Below, one piece after another: positions 1 through 11,585 of a stretch of 64,000 nucleotides of DNA. The stretch lies in the NCBI GenBank assembly GCA_963804995.1, contig CAWDSK010000006.1:1536001-1600000 (forward strand), written 5' to 3'. The stretch is from an uncultured Acidobacteriota bacterium. GTDB taxonomy: Bacteria > Acidobacteriota > Terriglobia > UBA7540. Each line of letters starts with the position of its first letter. Positions within the stretch are counted from its first letter, which is position 1. The position numbers were made by a program, and so were the translations under genes. Under the pieces are notes generated by a model, which did not search any database, was not told where the DNA came from, and saw only the letters and a program-made list of their open reading frames with translations.

Positions 1-127
1 GTTCTCGAACTTTTTTCCAAGCCAGGGGGTCGGGGATAATTGCTGGGGCCGCGGGGACCGGCCGCAGGGGGCGCGGGTCCGGCTCGACCACTACGGGTAT
101 ACGAATTTCTCTCGCTTCGTTGTCCAT
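1..127 (-). CDS. possible N-terminus of a gene running off the left edge
   Basis: ATG at 127 opens MDNEAREIRIPVVVEPDPRPLRPVPAAPAIIPDPLAWKKVRE with no stop before position 1; no recognisable domain. Confidence 0.3.
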   Translation of the reverse strand, partial: MDNEAREIRIPVVVEPDPRPLRPVPAAPAIIPDPLAWKKVRE

Positions 128-298
128 CGCAGACGCCTTACGCCATCTGGGCGCGGGGAATACCTTACCCGCTCAGCGCGCTTCGAGGCGCCTCGCTGGG
201 GGTACAAGCTCCCCAGAAGAAAGCTCAGATTTAAGAAGACCATAGTGTACCGCGCGAGCGGCTGACTTACAACTGCTTGTAGGGGGTGTTGCCAGAGT

Positions 299-374
299 GT
301 AGCCGCCCGTGATTGGGGTTTGTGGGTTTTGCAAAGGAAGAACCGCGGACCCCAAATGCGGGGGACCGCGCTAC
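299..374. repeat. degenerate GTAG-family REPIN (family A)
   Basis: Right arm ACCGCGGACCCCAAATGCGGGGGACCGCGCTAC matches the other family A copies; left arm from GTAG at 299 is degenerate. Confidence 0.6.
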
Positions 375-431
375 GAACATGTCCCGGCGCTCGTGTCAGG
401 ATGGTTTAGTACGGGAAGGGCGCAAGATTGT

Positions 432-567
432 GTAGCGCAGACCTCCGCCGTTGAGGTCTGCGGCTCTTCGTGTGCCATTTGAGCGAAGGCGGCGTGGCGA
501 AGAACCGAGAGTGGCGCAGATTTTCAAACGAAGTACCGCGGACCCCAAAACCGGGGGACCGCGCTAC
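432..567. repeat. GTAG-family REPIN (family A), 136 bp
   Basis: GTAGCGCAGACCTCCGCCGTTGAGGTCTGCGG...CCGCGGACCCCAAAACCGGGGGACCGCGCTAC: two inverted hairpins with GTAG/CTAC ends; 2 mismatches to 4210-4345. Confidence 0.9.
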
Positions 568-607
568 ACTTGATGCTAACGATGCGGAGGAAGCAAACGT
601 CGTAGCG

Positions 608-2520
608 GTTGCGGTAGGGATACCGGTTACCCGGTACCCCCCGCACGGATCCGTACGTGCGCTGGTTAGCGCATACGGCTCTTATCTCGGATGTGTGGCG
701 GCGAACCGTTGGGCTGGCCAAGGATGCACAACGTGCGGAGCAGGCAACCAGCAGGCCGCAAGCTTCCCCAGTCGGTCCCAGTTGAGGCGGTGGCGTTGAC
801 TGCGTTGACGCAGTTGTGTTCGCCACAGTCGGGTCAACCGTTCCCGAAAGATTCGCAGGCGGTCGAGGTTTCCCGGTACCGCGTGATAGTTGAAGTAGCC
901 TTGCACGACCGACCGGAGCCATTTACCCGTATCCGCGATGGGATCGTGCCGACGCTGCCGGAGTTGTTGCTTGAGTTCCTGCAACTTCCCCCGCAGGCGC
1001 TTGCTGATCGTCTTCCGCTTCACGGTAAATTGCCCCCTCCGGTTCTTCCCGCTGATATGCGTGAAGCCCAGAAAGTCGAACGTCTCCGGCTTACCTTCTC
1101 CTCTCCGTTTCCGGTAAAGTTCGGCAAACGGCCCGAACTCGATCCGGCGCGTTTTGTCAGGATGCAGTTCCAATCCAAACTTCCCCACCCGCTCCCGGAA
1201 ATCCTCCAGAAAGCGGTCGGCTTCCGTCTGCGATTGGAATCCAAGGACCGTATCGTCGGCATACCGCACCACGACCACGTCTCCCCGGGCGTGCTTCTTG
1301 CGCCACGCCTGCACCCACAGGTCAAAGACGTAGTGCAGATAGATATTCGCCAGCAGGGGCGAGACCACCGCCCCTTGTGGCGTACCCATCTCCGTCTCCG
1401 ACCATTCGCCTTCCTCCCTCACCCCGGCTTTCAGCCATTTCTGGATGAGCCGGAGAATCCGGGGGTCGGCGACGCGATGCTGCACGAACTTGAGCATCCA
1501 TTCGTGGGATATCGAATCGAAAAATCCACGAATGTCCGCGTCAAGAACGTAGTTCACGTGCTTCACCGTGAGCGCGTACGAGAGCGCGTCCAGCGCTTGA
1601 TGCTGGCTGCATCCCGGTCGAAAGCCATACGAGAAGCCCAGAAAGTCTTCCTCGTAAATCGCCTTGAGGATGGTGACCACGGCCTGTTGGACGATCTTGT
1701 CCTCCAGTGCCGCAACCCCCAACGGACGTTGCCGCCCGTCGCCTTTCGGGATATACGCCCTTCGCGAGGGCTTCGCTCGGAATGCTCCGCGGTGGACCCG
1801 GCTGTGCAGATCGACGAGTCGACCTTCCAGCCCGCTTTCATACTCCTGCCACGTCATGCCGTCTACTCCCGGTGCAGCTTTTCGCTTCAAGGCGTAAAAG
1901 CTTTCCCGCAGCAGATCGACCGTTAAGTGGTGGAGCAAGGCCGTGAACTTCATCTCCCTGTGTTCCTTCGCGGCTTTCCGCACACCCGCGAGTCCCTGGG
2001 ACACGCGTGCCCCGCTCTGTGTCGGGTGCGTGTTAGGCCAACGGGTGTTCTCCTTGATCAGCGGCCTTCCCTCCTCATTCTCCGCCAACGGCTTCCCGTC
2101 TTTGTTCAAATGATTCATCGGTACTGTTCCGCTGTCCGACTCCTCGAAAGCGTGCAGGCGGGCTGTACGGCCATCGCCTTTTCCCGCCGTCCGGCCACGA
2201 TCTACGGCGGCCGGCGCCTCCGAGGTCTCCCGGTTCTCGTGCAGAAAGTGTCTAGGCGTGTCTGGGGTCTACGACTACGCAGGACTGTGCCGGAACTCGC
2301 GTTGGCGTCCCGGCCTCATGTTGCCTTCCGTTTAGTCTGAAAACGTCGGCGTCCTGATTGGACATTTTCGAAGCTCAATACCCAGCCCACCTATTCCCCT
2401 GTTTACGCTTCACCGTGCGCCTCACGACGCCCAGCGCAAAACTCGGGGCCGAGTGGATCGCTACTCCTTCCTCGTGAGAAATTTTCATTCTCTGCTTTCT
2501 GCCGGTTTATCCCGGCGCAC
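608..2520 (-). mobile_element. complete group II intron (IIB-like ribozyme, probably bacterial class E)
   Basis: 5' end GUGCGCCGGG at 2520; domain V GAGCCGUAUGCG..CGCACGUACGGAUC with AGC triad; domain VI ending CUACCGCAAC at 608; EBS1 loop CAGACU at 2334-2339; internal RT ORF. Class assignment is from memory of the FTALLHH-type N-terminus. Confidence 0.93.
682..2118 (-). CDS. ltrA: group II intron reverse transcriptase/maturase without endonuclease domain
   Basis: AAPGVDG, YIPKGDGRQRPLG, GFRPG, GTPQG..SPLLANIYL, RYADD, FDFLGF, X domain GYFNYH; no C-terminal HNH. Confidence 0.96.
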   Translation of the reverse strand: MNHLNKDGKPLAENEEGRPLIKENTRWPNTHPTQSGARVSQGLAGVRKAAKEHREMKFTALLHHLTVDLLRESFYALKRKAAPGVDGMTWQEYESGLEGRLVDLHSRVHRGAFRAKPSRRAYIPKGDGRQRPLGVAALEDKIVQQAVVTILKAIYEEDFLGFSYGFRPGCSQHQALDALSYALTVKHVNYVLDADIRGFFDSISHEWMLKFVQHRVADPRILRLIQKWLKAGVREEGEWSETEMGTPQGAVVSPLLANIYLHYVFDLWVQAWRKKHARGDVVVVRYADDTVLGFQSQTEADRFLEDFRERVGKFGLELHPDKTRRIEFGPFAELYRKRRGEGKPETFDFLGFTHISGKNRRGQFTVKRKTISKRLRGKLQELKQQLRQRRHDPIADTGKWLRSVVQGYFNYHAVPGNLDRLRIFRERLTRLWRTQLRQRSQRHRLNWDRLGKLAACWLPAPHVVHPWPAQRFAATHPR

Positions 2521-2743
2521 CAGACCTCCGCCGTTGAGGTCTGCGGTTTTTCGTGTGCCAATTGAGCGAACGTATCGTGGCGAAGCAGGCCGCCAGGGTT
2601 CGGAATTTGAAGAATTTTTAAAACGAAGAACCGCGGACCCCAAAACCGGGGGTCCGCGCTACGAAACATGCCTACGCTTGCTGCTCGCAATGGGTCAAGA
2701 ACGGTAATACCATACTCATGTGACGTCCCCGGGGGCTCCTAGC

Positions 2744-4192
2744 ATGAAGGTCTGCCCGAAGTGCAAAAATACCTATAGGGATGGCTTTGGTTACTGCTTG
2801 CGCGACGGTTCTGCCCTCCAGAAGGTGATCGAGGAGATCACAGCCGCCGAAGAAACTACTTCGCAAGACCTCCGACCGATCCAGCTTGCCTTGCTCGACA
2901 CCGCTCCCTCCAAATCCAGTGCGCTGCTTCCTACCCAGCGCGCCGGTGCGGATGTGCAGCTTGCCAGGCAGCACTTCGAGCGTGGGAAGCAACTAGACCA
3001 GCAACATGATTGGGAGGACGCCGAGGCCGAATACCACGAAGCGATCCGGCTGGATCCCGATTGCTTTGAGGCACACTATGAACTTGCCGAGCGGTTCCGT
3101 GGGATGGAGCTTTGGGACGACGCGATTCCGGAGTTTCGCGAGGCAATCCGGCTGAAACCCAATGACGCGCAGATCCTCAACGAGTTCGCCGATATGGTTT
3201 TAGAGAACGGCTTGCGCGGCCAAGTCGACGTTTTTCGCGCGTTTGCACGGCTGAAACCCGATGACCCCGATGCGCATTTCTACCTTGCCGGGGCGCTTTC
3301 CATCGAACATGACTTGGATGGGGCCATAGCCCAGTATCGCGAGGCGATCCGGCTGAAGCCTGACAACATCGGTTTGCACTTCATTCTGGCTCGCACCTTG
3401 AAAAACAAAGGAGATTTGGACGGTGCGATAGGTGCCTACCGCGAAATGGTTCGGCTGAAGCCTGATATGGAATTTACCCACTCCGAACTCGCGAGGGCGC
3501 TCCGCGACAAGAGAGACCGGGACGGTGCGATTGCCGAGTATCGCGAGGCCATCCGGCTGAAGCCTGATGCGCAGGAGAACCACATCATCCTCGGAGACCT
3601 ACTTTGCGAGAGGGGGGACCTGGCCGATGCGACTGCCGCGTATCGTGAGGCGGTTCGTCTGAAACCCATTGACGCCCAGGCGCGCATGGCACTCGCCTCA
3701 AACCTGGCGGCCAGATTGTACTATGACGAGGCGACTGCTGAGTACCTGGAAGCGATCCGGCTGAAACCCGATGACGCGCAGGTCCACTACGCGTTCGCCT
3801 CCATGCTGCGCGATGAACATATGGACGGCGCGGCTGCCGAGTTTCGCGAGGTGGTCCGCCTGAAACCCGGAGAGGCTGACGCCCATAAGGACCTTGCGTG
3901 GGCGCTTTTAGAAGAGATGGACTTGGACGGCGCGATTGCCGAGTTACGCGAGGCGATTCGGCTGATGCCGGGTGAGGCATGGCTACACCACTCCTTGGGA
4001 AAGGTGCTTTGCGACAAAGGCAACTTGGACGGTGCGATAGCCGAATATCGCGAGGTGATCCGATTGGAGCCTGATAACGGTGAGACGCACTCTGAACTTG
4101 CCAAGCTTCTGGCGAGGAATTGGCAGGTGTTTGCCGCGATTGCCGAGTATCTCAAAGCGATCTGGCGGAAGCGGCGGCGGAAAAACGCCTAG
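2744..4192 (+). CDS. tetratricopeptide repeat protein with N-terminal zinc ribbon
   Basis: MKVCPKC..YCLRDG, then about 11-12 34-aa repeats (GDLDGAIAEYREAIRLKPD). Confidence 0.88.
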   Translation: MKVCPKCKNTYRDGFGYCLRDGSALQKVIEEITAAEETTSQDLRPIQLALLDTAPSKSSALLPTQRAGADVQLARQHFERGKQLDQQHDWEDAEAEYHEAIRLDPDCFEAHYELAERFRGMELWDDAIPEFREAIRLKPNDAQILNEFADMVLENGLRGQVDVFRAFARLKPDDPDAHFYLAGALSIEHDLDGAIAQYREAIRLKPDNIGLHFILARTLKNKGDLDGAIGAYREMVRLKPDMEFTHSELARALRDKRDRDGAIAEYREAIRLKPDAQENHIILGDLLCERGDLADATAAYREAVRLKPIDAQARMALASNLAARLYYDEATAEYLEAIRLKPDDAQVHYAFASMLRDEHMDGAAAEFREVVRLKPGEADAHKDLAWALLEEMDLDGAIAELREAIRLMPGEAWLHHSLGKVLCDKGNLDGAIAEYREVIRLEPDNGETHSELAKLLARNWQVFAAIAEYLKAIWRKRRRKNA

Positions 4193-4209
4193 AAATTGTT
4201 GTCTTGAGA

Positions 4210-4345
4210 GTAGCGCAGACCTCCGCCGTTGAGGTCTGCGGCTCTTCGTGTGCCATTTGAGCGAAGGCGGCGTGGCGAAGAACCGAGAGTGACGCAGATT
4301 TTCAAACGAAGTACCGCGGACCCCAAAAACGGGGGACCGCGCTAC
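4210..4345. repeat. GTAG-family REPIN (family A), 136 bp
   Basis: Near-identical to 432-567. Confidence 0.9.
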
Positions 4346-4375
4346 GAACCGTGTCTACGCTTGCTTTTGTGTATC

Positions 4376-4555
4376 ATGACCAAAGTCGAATTTACGTCAT
4401 TTGTAGAACGAACATTGGAAGACGGGACCCCGATAATTGTGGCGATCGTCGCCGGGTATAGTCCCCGTCCATTTCAGAAGAACTGGACTGGGAGGGATGG
4501 ACCCTTCGTGTTCATTATTGGCCAACCGTTTTTGGATAAGCTCAGGGGGAAGTAG
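4376..4555 (+). CDS. small hypothetical protein or gene remnant (59 aa)
   Basis: MTKVEFTSFVERTLEDGTPIIVAIVAGYSPRPFQKNWTGRDGPFVFIIG reads as protein-like; lies between two repeats; its stop is the TAG of the next repeat's GTAG. Confidence 0.4.
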   Translation: MTKVEFTSFVERTLEDGTPIIVAIVAGYSPRPFQKNWTGRDGPFVFIIGQPFLDKLRGK

Positions 4556-4620
4556 AGGCGGCGGCATTCATCCCGATCAGATCGGGACGCCGCCATATGG
4601 CGAGGTAAACTCGCCGCTAC
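4552..4620. repeat. GTAG...CTAC palindromic element (family B), 69 bp
   Basis: 68/69 identical to 48455-48523; two hairpins. Confidence 0.9.
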
Positions 4621-4657
4621 AACATCAGATCGACCCCCTCCACCACCTTCACCTTCC

Positions 4658-4686
4658 TTGTCAACTCCCGCACAGGGCCGTACAAT
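4658..4686 (+). promoter_or_regulatory. sigma70-type promoter of secA
   Basis: TTGTCA-N17-TACAAT, 40 bp upstream of the secA ATG. Confidence 0.6.
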
Positions 4687-4726
4687 AGTAAGGTTGGAGT
4701 ATTGGGCCAGAAGAAATATATAGACT

Positions 4727-7975
<3,249 letters not shown>

Positions 7976-8090
7976 CCTTACGCCCTGCGCTTCGGGTTCG
8001 CTCGAAACATAGGCGCGAAACCCAGGCCAGGGTTACAATTCTAACCACTAACTGAAATAGAATCCTCTGTCACACTCGGAGAAACCCGCG

Positions 8091-8636
8091 ATGAGCATCG
8101 AGGAACTGCACGAAATGGAAGAGAACGCCGAGCACGGCGCGCACGACCCATCGCTTGTGCCTGTGACCTTTACCATGGCCCTGCTGGCGGTCGTACTGGC
8201 GGCAACTTCATTGCTGGGCCACCGCGCCCACACGGAAGAATTGCTATTTCAAAACAAGGCGACAGACCAGTGGGCGTATTACCAGGCGAAGAATATCCGC
8301 CAGCATACCTATGAGCTGTTTCTCGATCTTCTTACCGTTACTCCGGTGAAGGATGCGACGCAGGCCGATCAGTTGAAGGAGAAGTACTCGAAGCAAGTGG
8401 GGCGTTACCAGGAAGACCTGAAGGAGATTCAAACGGAAGCGCGCGGGCTCGAAACCGAAGTTCAAATGGAACAACGCAGGGCGAATCGCTTCGACCTGGG
8501 TGAAGTCTGCTTGGAAGCCGCGATCGTGATAGCCTCGCTCACCCTCCTAACCAAGCGGCGGATGTTCTGGCAGTTGGGAATCGGGATGGGAGTACTCGGC
8601 CTGGGGGTAGCTCTGACCGGATTCCTGGTTCACTGA
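8091..8636 (+). CDS. DUF4337-like membrane protein
   Basis: N-terminal TM helix, ATDQWAYYQAKNIR motif, coiled coil, two C-terminal TM helices. Confidence 0.75.
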   Translation: MSIEELHEMEENAEHGAHDPSLVPVTFTMALLAVVLAATSLLGHRAHTEELLFQNKATDQWAYYQAKNIRQHTYELFLDLLTVTPVKDATQADQLKEKYSKQVGRYQEDLKEIQTEARGLETEVQMEQRRANRFDLGEVCLEAAIVIASLTLLTKRRMFWQLGIGMGVLGLGVALTGFLVH

Positions 8637-8678
8637 AATCACAGCAGTGCCTCGGCGTATCCTGAGGTTCGAATCCCG

Positions 8679-9527
8679 CTACGGCCCCGCGGACCCGTCG
8701 ACAAAATCCTTGAGACAAGCCAGATAACTTTTGCCACCCATGTCGAGGACATCGTTGTGGCCGGCGCCTTCGATGGAATAGAAACGCTTGGGCTCGGGCG
8801 CGGCAGCGAATAAGCTCCGGCCCATTGCGAAGGGCACCACTTCATCCCGCGTGCCGTGGGCGATCAGGATAGGGGCGCGCACCTTGCGAATTTGCTCGAG
8901 CGAATCGAAACGCGACTTCGGCACGTATTCAATGAGCGGAATCCCGAACATGCGCCGGGTCATGGCGCGCGCGTTCGAGAACGAGCTCTGGACGATCAGG
9001 CCTCCACAGGGCCGGCGAGCCGCCAGGTTGATGGCCACGGCGCCACCGAGCGAAACTCCATAAATGAAAATATCCTGAGCACGGATTTGCCGCTGCTTCA
9101 CCAGGTAGTCATGGGCGGCATCGGCGTCGTGGTACACCCCTGCTTCATTCGGCGTGCCTTCGCTCTTACCGTAACCCCGGTAATCAACGGCCAGGATGTT
9201 CACTCCGATCTGCGAAAGCATTTTCATTTGGGGAAGGCCGTAGCCAATGTTTTCTGCGTTCCCATGAAACCAGAGCAGAACTTTTGGGGAGGATGAATTT
9301 GCGTAGTAGAAGGCGTTGATCCGCACGCCATCCTCCGTGGTCAGCCAAACGTCCTCCACGGGGATGGCATGATTCGCGAGTGCCGCAAATCCGTCGGGGT
9401 AGCGCGGGGGAAAATAGATGAGCCGATTCTCAACGACTCGGATGGTGACGACAACCAGCAGGATTCCGGCTGCGGCTGCGATCAGGACCAGCATCAGAAG
9501 TCTCTTCACCTTGGTGCCGCTCGGCAT
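8679..9527 (-). CDS. alpha/beta hydrolase (ABHD/BEM46-like)
   Basis: FHGNAENI, DYRGYG, GVSLGG nucleophile elbow, HGTRDEVVP, GAGHND. Confidence 0.92.
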   Translation of the reverse strand: MPSGTKVKRLLMLVLIAAAAGILLVVVTIRVVENRLIYFPPRYPDGFAALANHAIPVEDVWLTTEDGVRINAFYYANSSSPKVLLWFHGNAENIGYGLPQMKMLSQIGVNILAVDYRGYGKSEGTPNEAGVYHDADAAHDYLVKQRQIRAQDIFIYGVSLGGAVAINLAARRPCGGLIVQSSFSNARAMTRRMFGIPLIEYVPKSRFDSLEQIRKVRAPILIAHGTRDEVVPFAMGRSLFAAAPEPKRFYSIEGAGHNDVLDMGGKSYLACLKDFVDGSAGP

Positions 9528-9542
9528 TCCTAGGAAGGCGCT

Positions 9543-9623
9543 GGGGACTGGGCTACGGTTCTGGGGGCGGGGATTCGAGGTTTGGCGATTCCCTAAACCC
9601 TAGCTCCCAACCCCCAGTCCCTG
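9543..9623. repeat. degenerate inverted 7-bp-period repeats
   Basis: GGGGACT/GGGGATT-like units facing TCCCTAA-ACCCTAG-CTCCCAA-CCCCCAG-TCCCTG. Confidence 0.45.
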
Positions 9624-9626
9624 AGG

Positions 9627-11165
9627 TTATTGATTGTCACCACCGTCATCATTCGGTGAGATGACCACATAGGCGCCCGAGCCTTGCCGATTGACGCGCA
9701 GCAGCACTTGGCCCTTCGCTCCCGCAGCTAGTTGGTTAAAGTCCGTAACGTTGCGCACGGGCTTGCGATTGATGCCCTCGATCACGTCACCCTCCTGGAG
9801 GCCGAAATGTGCCGCCGGGCTATTCGGATCAAGTTCGACGATCACCACCCCAGTGGCGTTGGCGGGCAAGCCCAACTGGTCGCGGAGCGCGGGCGTGAGA
9901 TTCTGCACGGACATGCCACGCAGCGTCCCTTCCTGAACCATTCCCCCACCGCCCCGCGCGCTGAGGTTTGAGGGACGCTCACCCAACGTCACCTTGAGGG
10001 TCATGGGCTGGCCGTCACGGAGGATATCCAGCGTGACTTCGGAGCCCGGACTCGTGCTCGTAATCAGCGCGGTGAACTGGCCCGAGTCCTCAATTTCCTG
10101 ACCATTGAGTTTGCGAATCACATCACCGTTTTTGATTCCAGCCTTATCCGCCGGGCCGCCGGCGCTCACATCCTCCACAAGTGCGCCCCCGGTATCCGGC
10201 ACCTTGAATTGCTTGGCCAGATCCTGGTCCAGGCTTTTGATCCCGACTCCCATATAGCCCCGGCTGACCTTGCCTGTCTTGATCAAGTCTTCCATGACGT
10301 GCTTGGCCATATTGGAGGGGATGGCGAAACCGATCCCTACGAACCCACCTTCTCCGCCGGGTCCGGAATTCCCGCTCAAGATAGCCGTGTTAATACCAAT
10401 GACCTGACCGTGCACGTTCACCAGCGCCCCGCCGGAGTTTCCGGGGTTGATGGCGGCATCGGTCTGGATGAAATTCTGAAACTCTTCAATCCCCCCGCCG
10501 GAGCGGCTCAAGGCGCTCACGATACCGCGCGTCACGGTAAAATACTGCCCGAAGGGGTTCCCGAACGCCATAACCGTATCCCCAACCTTAAGTTGGTTGG
10601 AATCTCCAAAGGGGGCGGAAACCAGACTCGTCCCTTCAATCTTGATGACGGCGACATCGGTTTGGGGATCAGCTCCTACAACTTTTCCCTTGAACGTCCG
10701 CTTGTCGGACAGCGTCACCTGGATTTCCGTGGCCTTGGCGATGACGTGATTGTTGGTCACAATGTATCCGTCGGGCGAAACGATGACGCCGCTTCCCAGC
10801 GCATGCTCACGCTGCTCGCGGGGAACTTGGGGAAACATATTCCCAAAGAACTGGCGGAAGAAGGGATCCATTAAAAGCGGTGATTGTTGTTGCTTAATCA
10901 CCTGGGTAGACTGAATCGCCACAATCGCCGGAGTCACCGTTTTGGCAATGCGCTCGTAGGCTTGATTCTGCCGTTCCAGGGAGTCGATATCCGGGCCATC
11001 CAATCCCTTTCCCTGGGCTAGCGCTAAGTTCGGAAACAGTTGATGCCCTTGATACATCATGACTGACATACCCAGGACGAGAACCCCTATCAAGGTGAGA
11101 CTCAATCCCCCGAGATTCTCACGCAGGAATTGCTTGTCAAATCGCATGAAGTCTTCCTCCTTCAA
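9627..11165 (-). CDS. HtrA/DegP/DegQ serine protease with two PDZ domains
   Basis: GSGVI, TNNHV, TDVAV, QTDAAINPGNSGGAL, two PDZ domains. Confidence 0.97.
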   Translation of the reverse strand: MKEEDFMRFDKQFLRENLGGLSLTLIGVLVLGMSVMMYQGHQLFPNLALAQGKGLDGPDIDSLERQNQAYERIAKTVTPAIVAIQSTQVIKQQQSPLLMDPFFRQFFGNMFPQVPREQREHALGSGVIVSPDGYIVTNNHVIAKATEIQVTLSDKRTFKGKVVGADPQTDVAVIKIEGTSLVSAPFGDSNQLKVGDTVMAFGNPFGQYFTVTRGIVSALSRSGGGIEEFQNFIQTDAAINPGNSGGALVNVHGQVIGINTAILSGNSGPGGEGGFVGIGFAIPSNMAKHVMEDLIKTGKVSRGYMGVGIKSLDQDLAKQFKVPDTGGALVEDVSAGGPADKAGIKNGDVIRKLNGQEIEDSGQFTALITSTSPGSEVTLDILRDGQPMTLKVTLGERPSNLSARGGGGMVQEGTLRGMSVQNLTPALRDQLGLPANATGVVIVELDPNSPAAHFGLQEGDVIEGINRKPVRNVTDFNQLAAGAKGQVLLRVNRQGSGAYVVISPNDDGGDNQ

Positions 11166-11319
11166 ATCTGGTCACCATGGCGCTTGCAATGCTGGCGGCG
11201 CTGTAATTTTCCCAATCTCGGCTCAGCCGGAGACGATAGCCATGAACAACGCCTCGGCAGTACGGCGCTGGCTCACCACGCGACGGTAGCAGCTCCTCCG
11301 GGGGCACTGCCTATATGAG

Positions 11320-11346
11320 TTAGACGTATCCTTCCTCTTTCGGTCA
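11320..11346 (-). promoter_or_regulatory. candidate ECF-sigma promoter upstream of HtrA
   Basis: TGACC-N15-CGTCTAA on the minus strand; a CGTC -10 is typical of ECF promoters and htrA genes are often ECF-controlled. Confidence 0.3.
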
Positions 11347-11585
11347 TCGCGGCAGGTGCCCGGACAATCCATCCCAATGTGATATTTCTCTATCGCGCCT
11401 TTCGGAAGCCCGATCATAACCGTCAGATTAATGCTACTACGTTTGATGCGTCGGCGTGAAGGAGGGTTTCACCCACCCGCTGGGGGGGAGATTCGGAATC
11501 TATGACCAGCGCGGGAAACCTTCCCCTCGCCTGCAACCAGGTGCGGCCGCCCCCAGGAAACCAAGGAGAGAGTCAGAGCGGAGAG

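Larger units (their letters stand above)
602..2662. repeat. family A REPIN split by the group II intron
   Basis: GTAGCG (602-607) joined to CAGACCTCCGCCGTTGAGGTCTGCGG (2521 onward) rebuilds the left arm exactly; right arm ends GCGCTAC at 2662. Confidence 0.9.

Noticed and set aside
682..2118. RT as part of a retron, DGR or defence system (an Avd-like gene lies at 50270)
   Set aside because: Complete intron boundaries, domains V/VI and an X domain are present; no TR/VR pair seen; the four-helix gene is 48 kb away
432..4345. Repeats as integron attC sites or a CRISPR array
   Set aside because: Ends are GTAG/CTAC rather than RYYYAAC/GTTRRRY; no integrase or cas genes; no regular spacers
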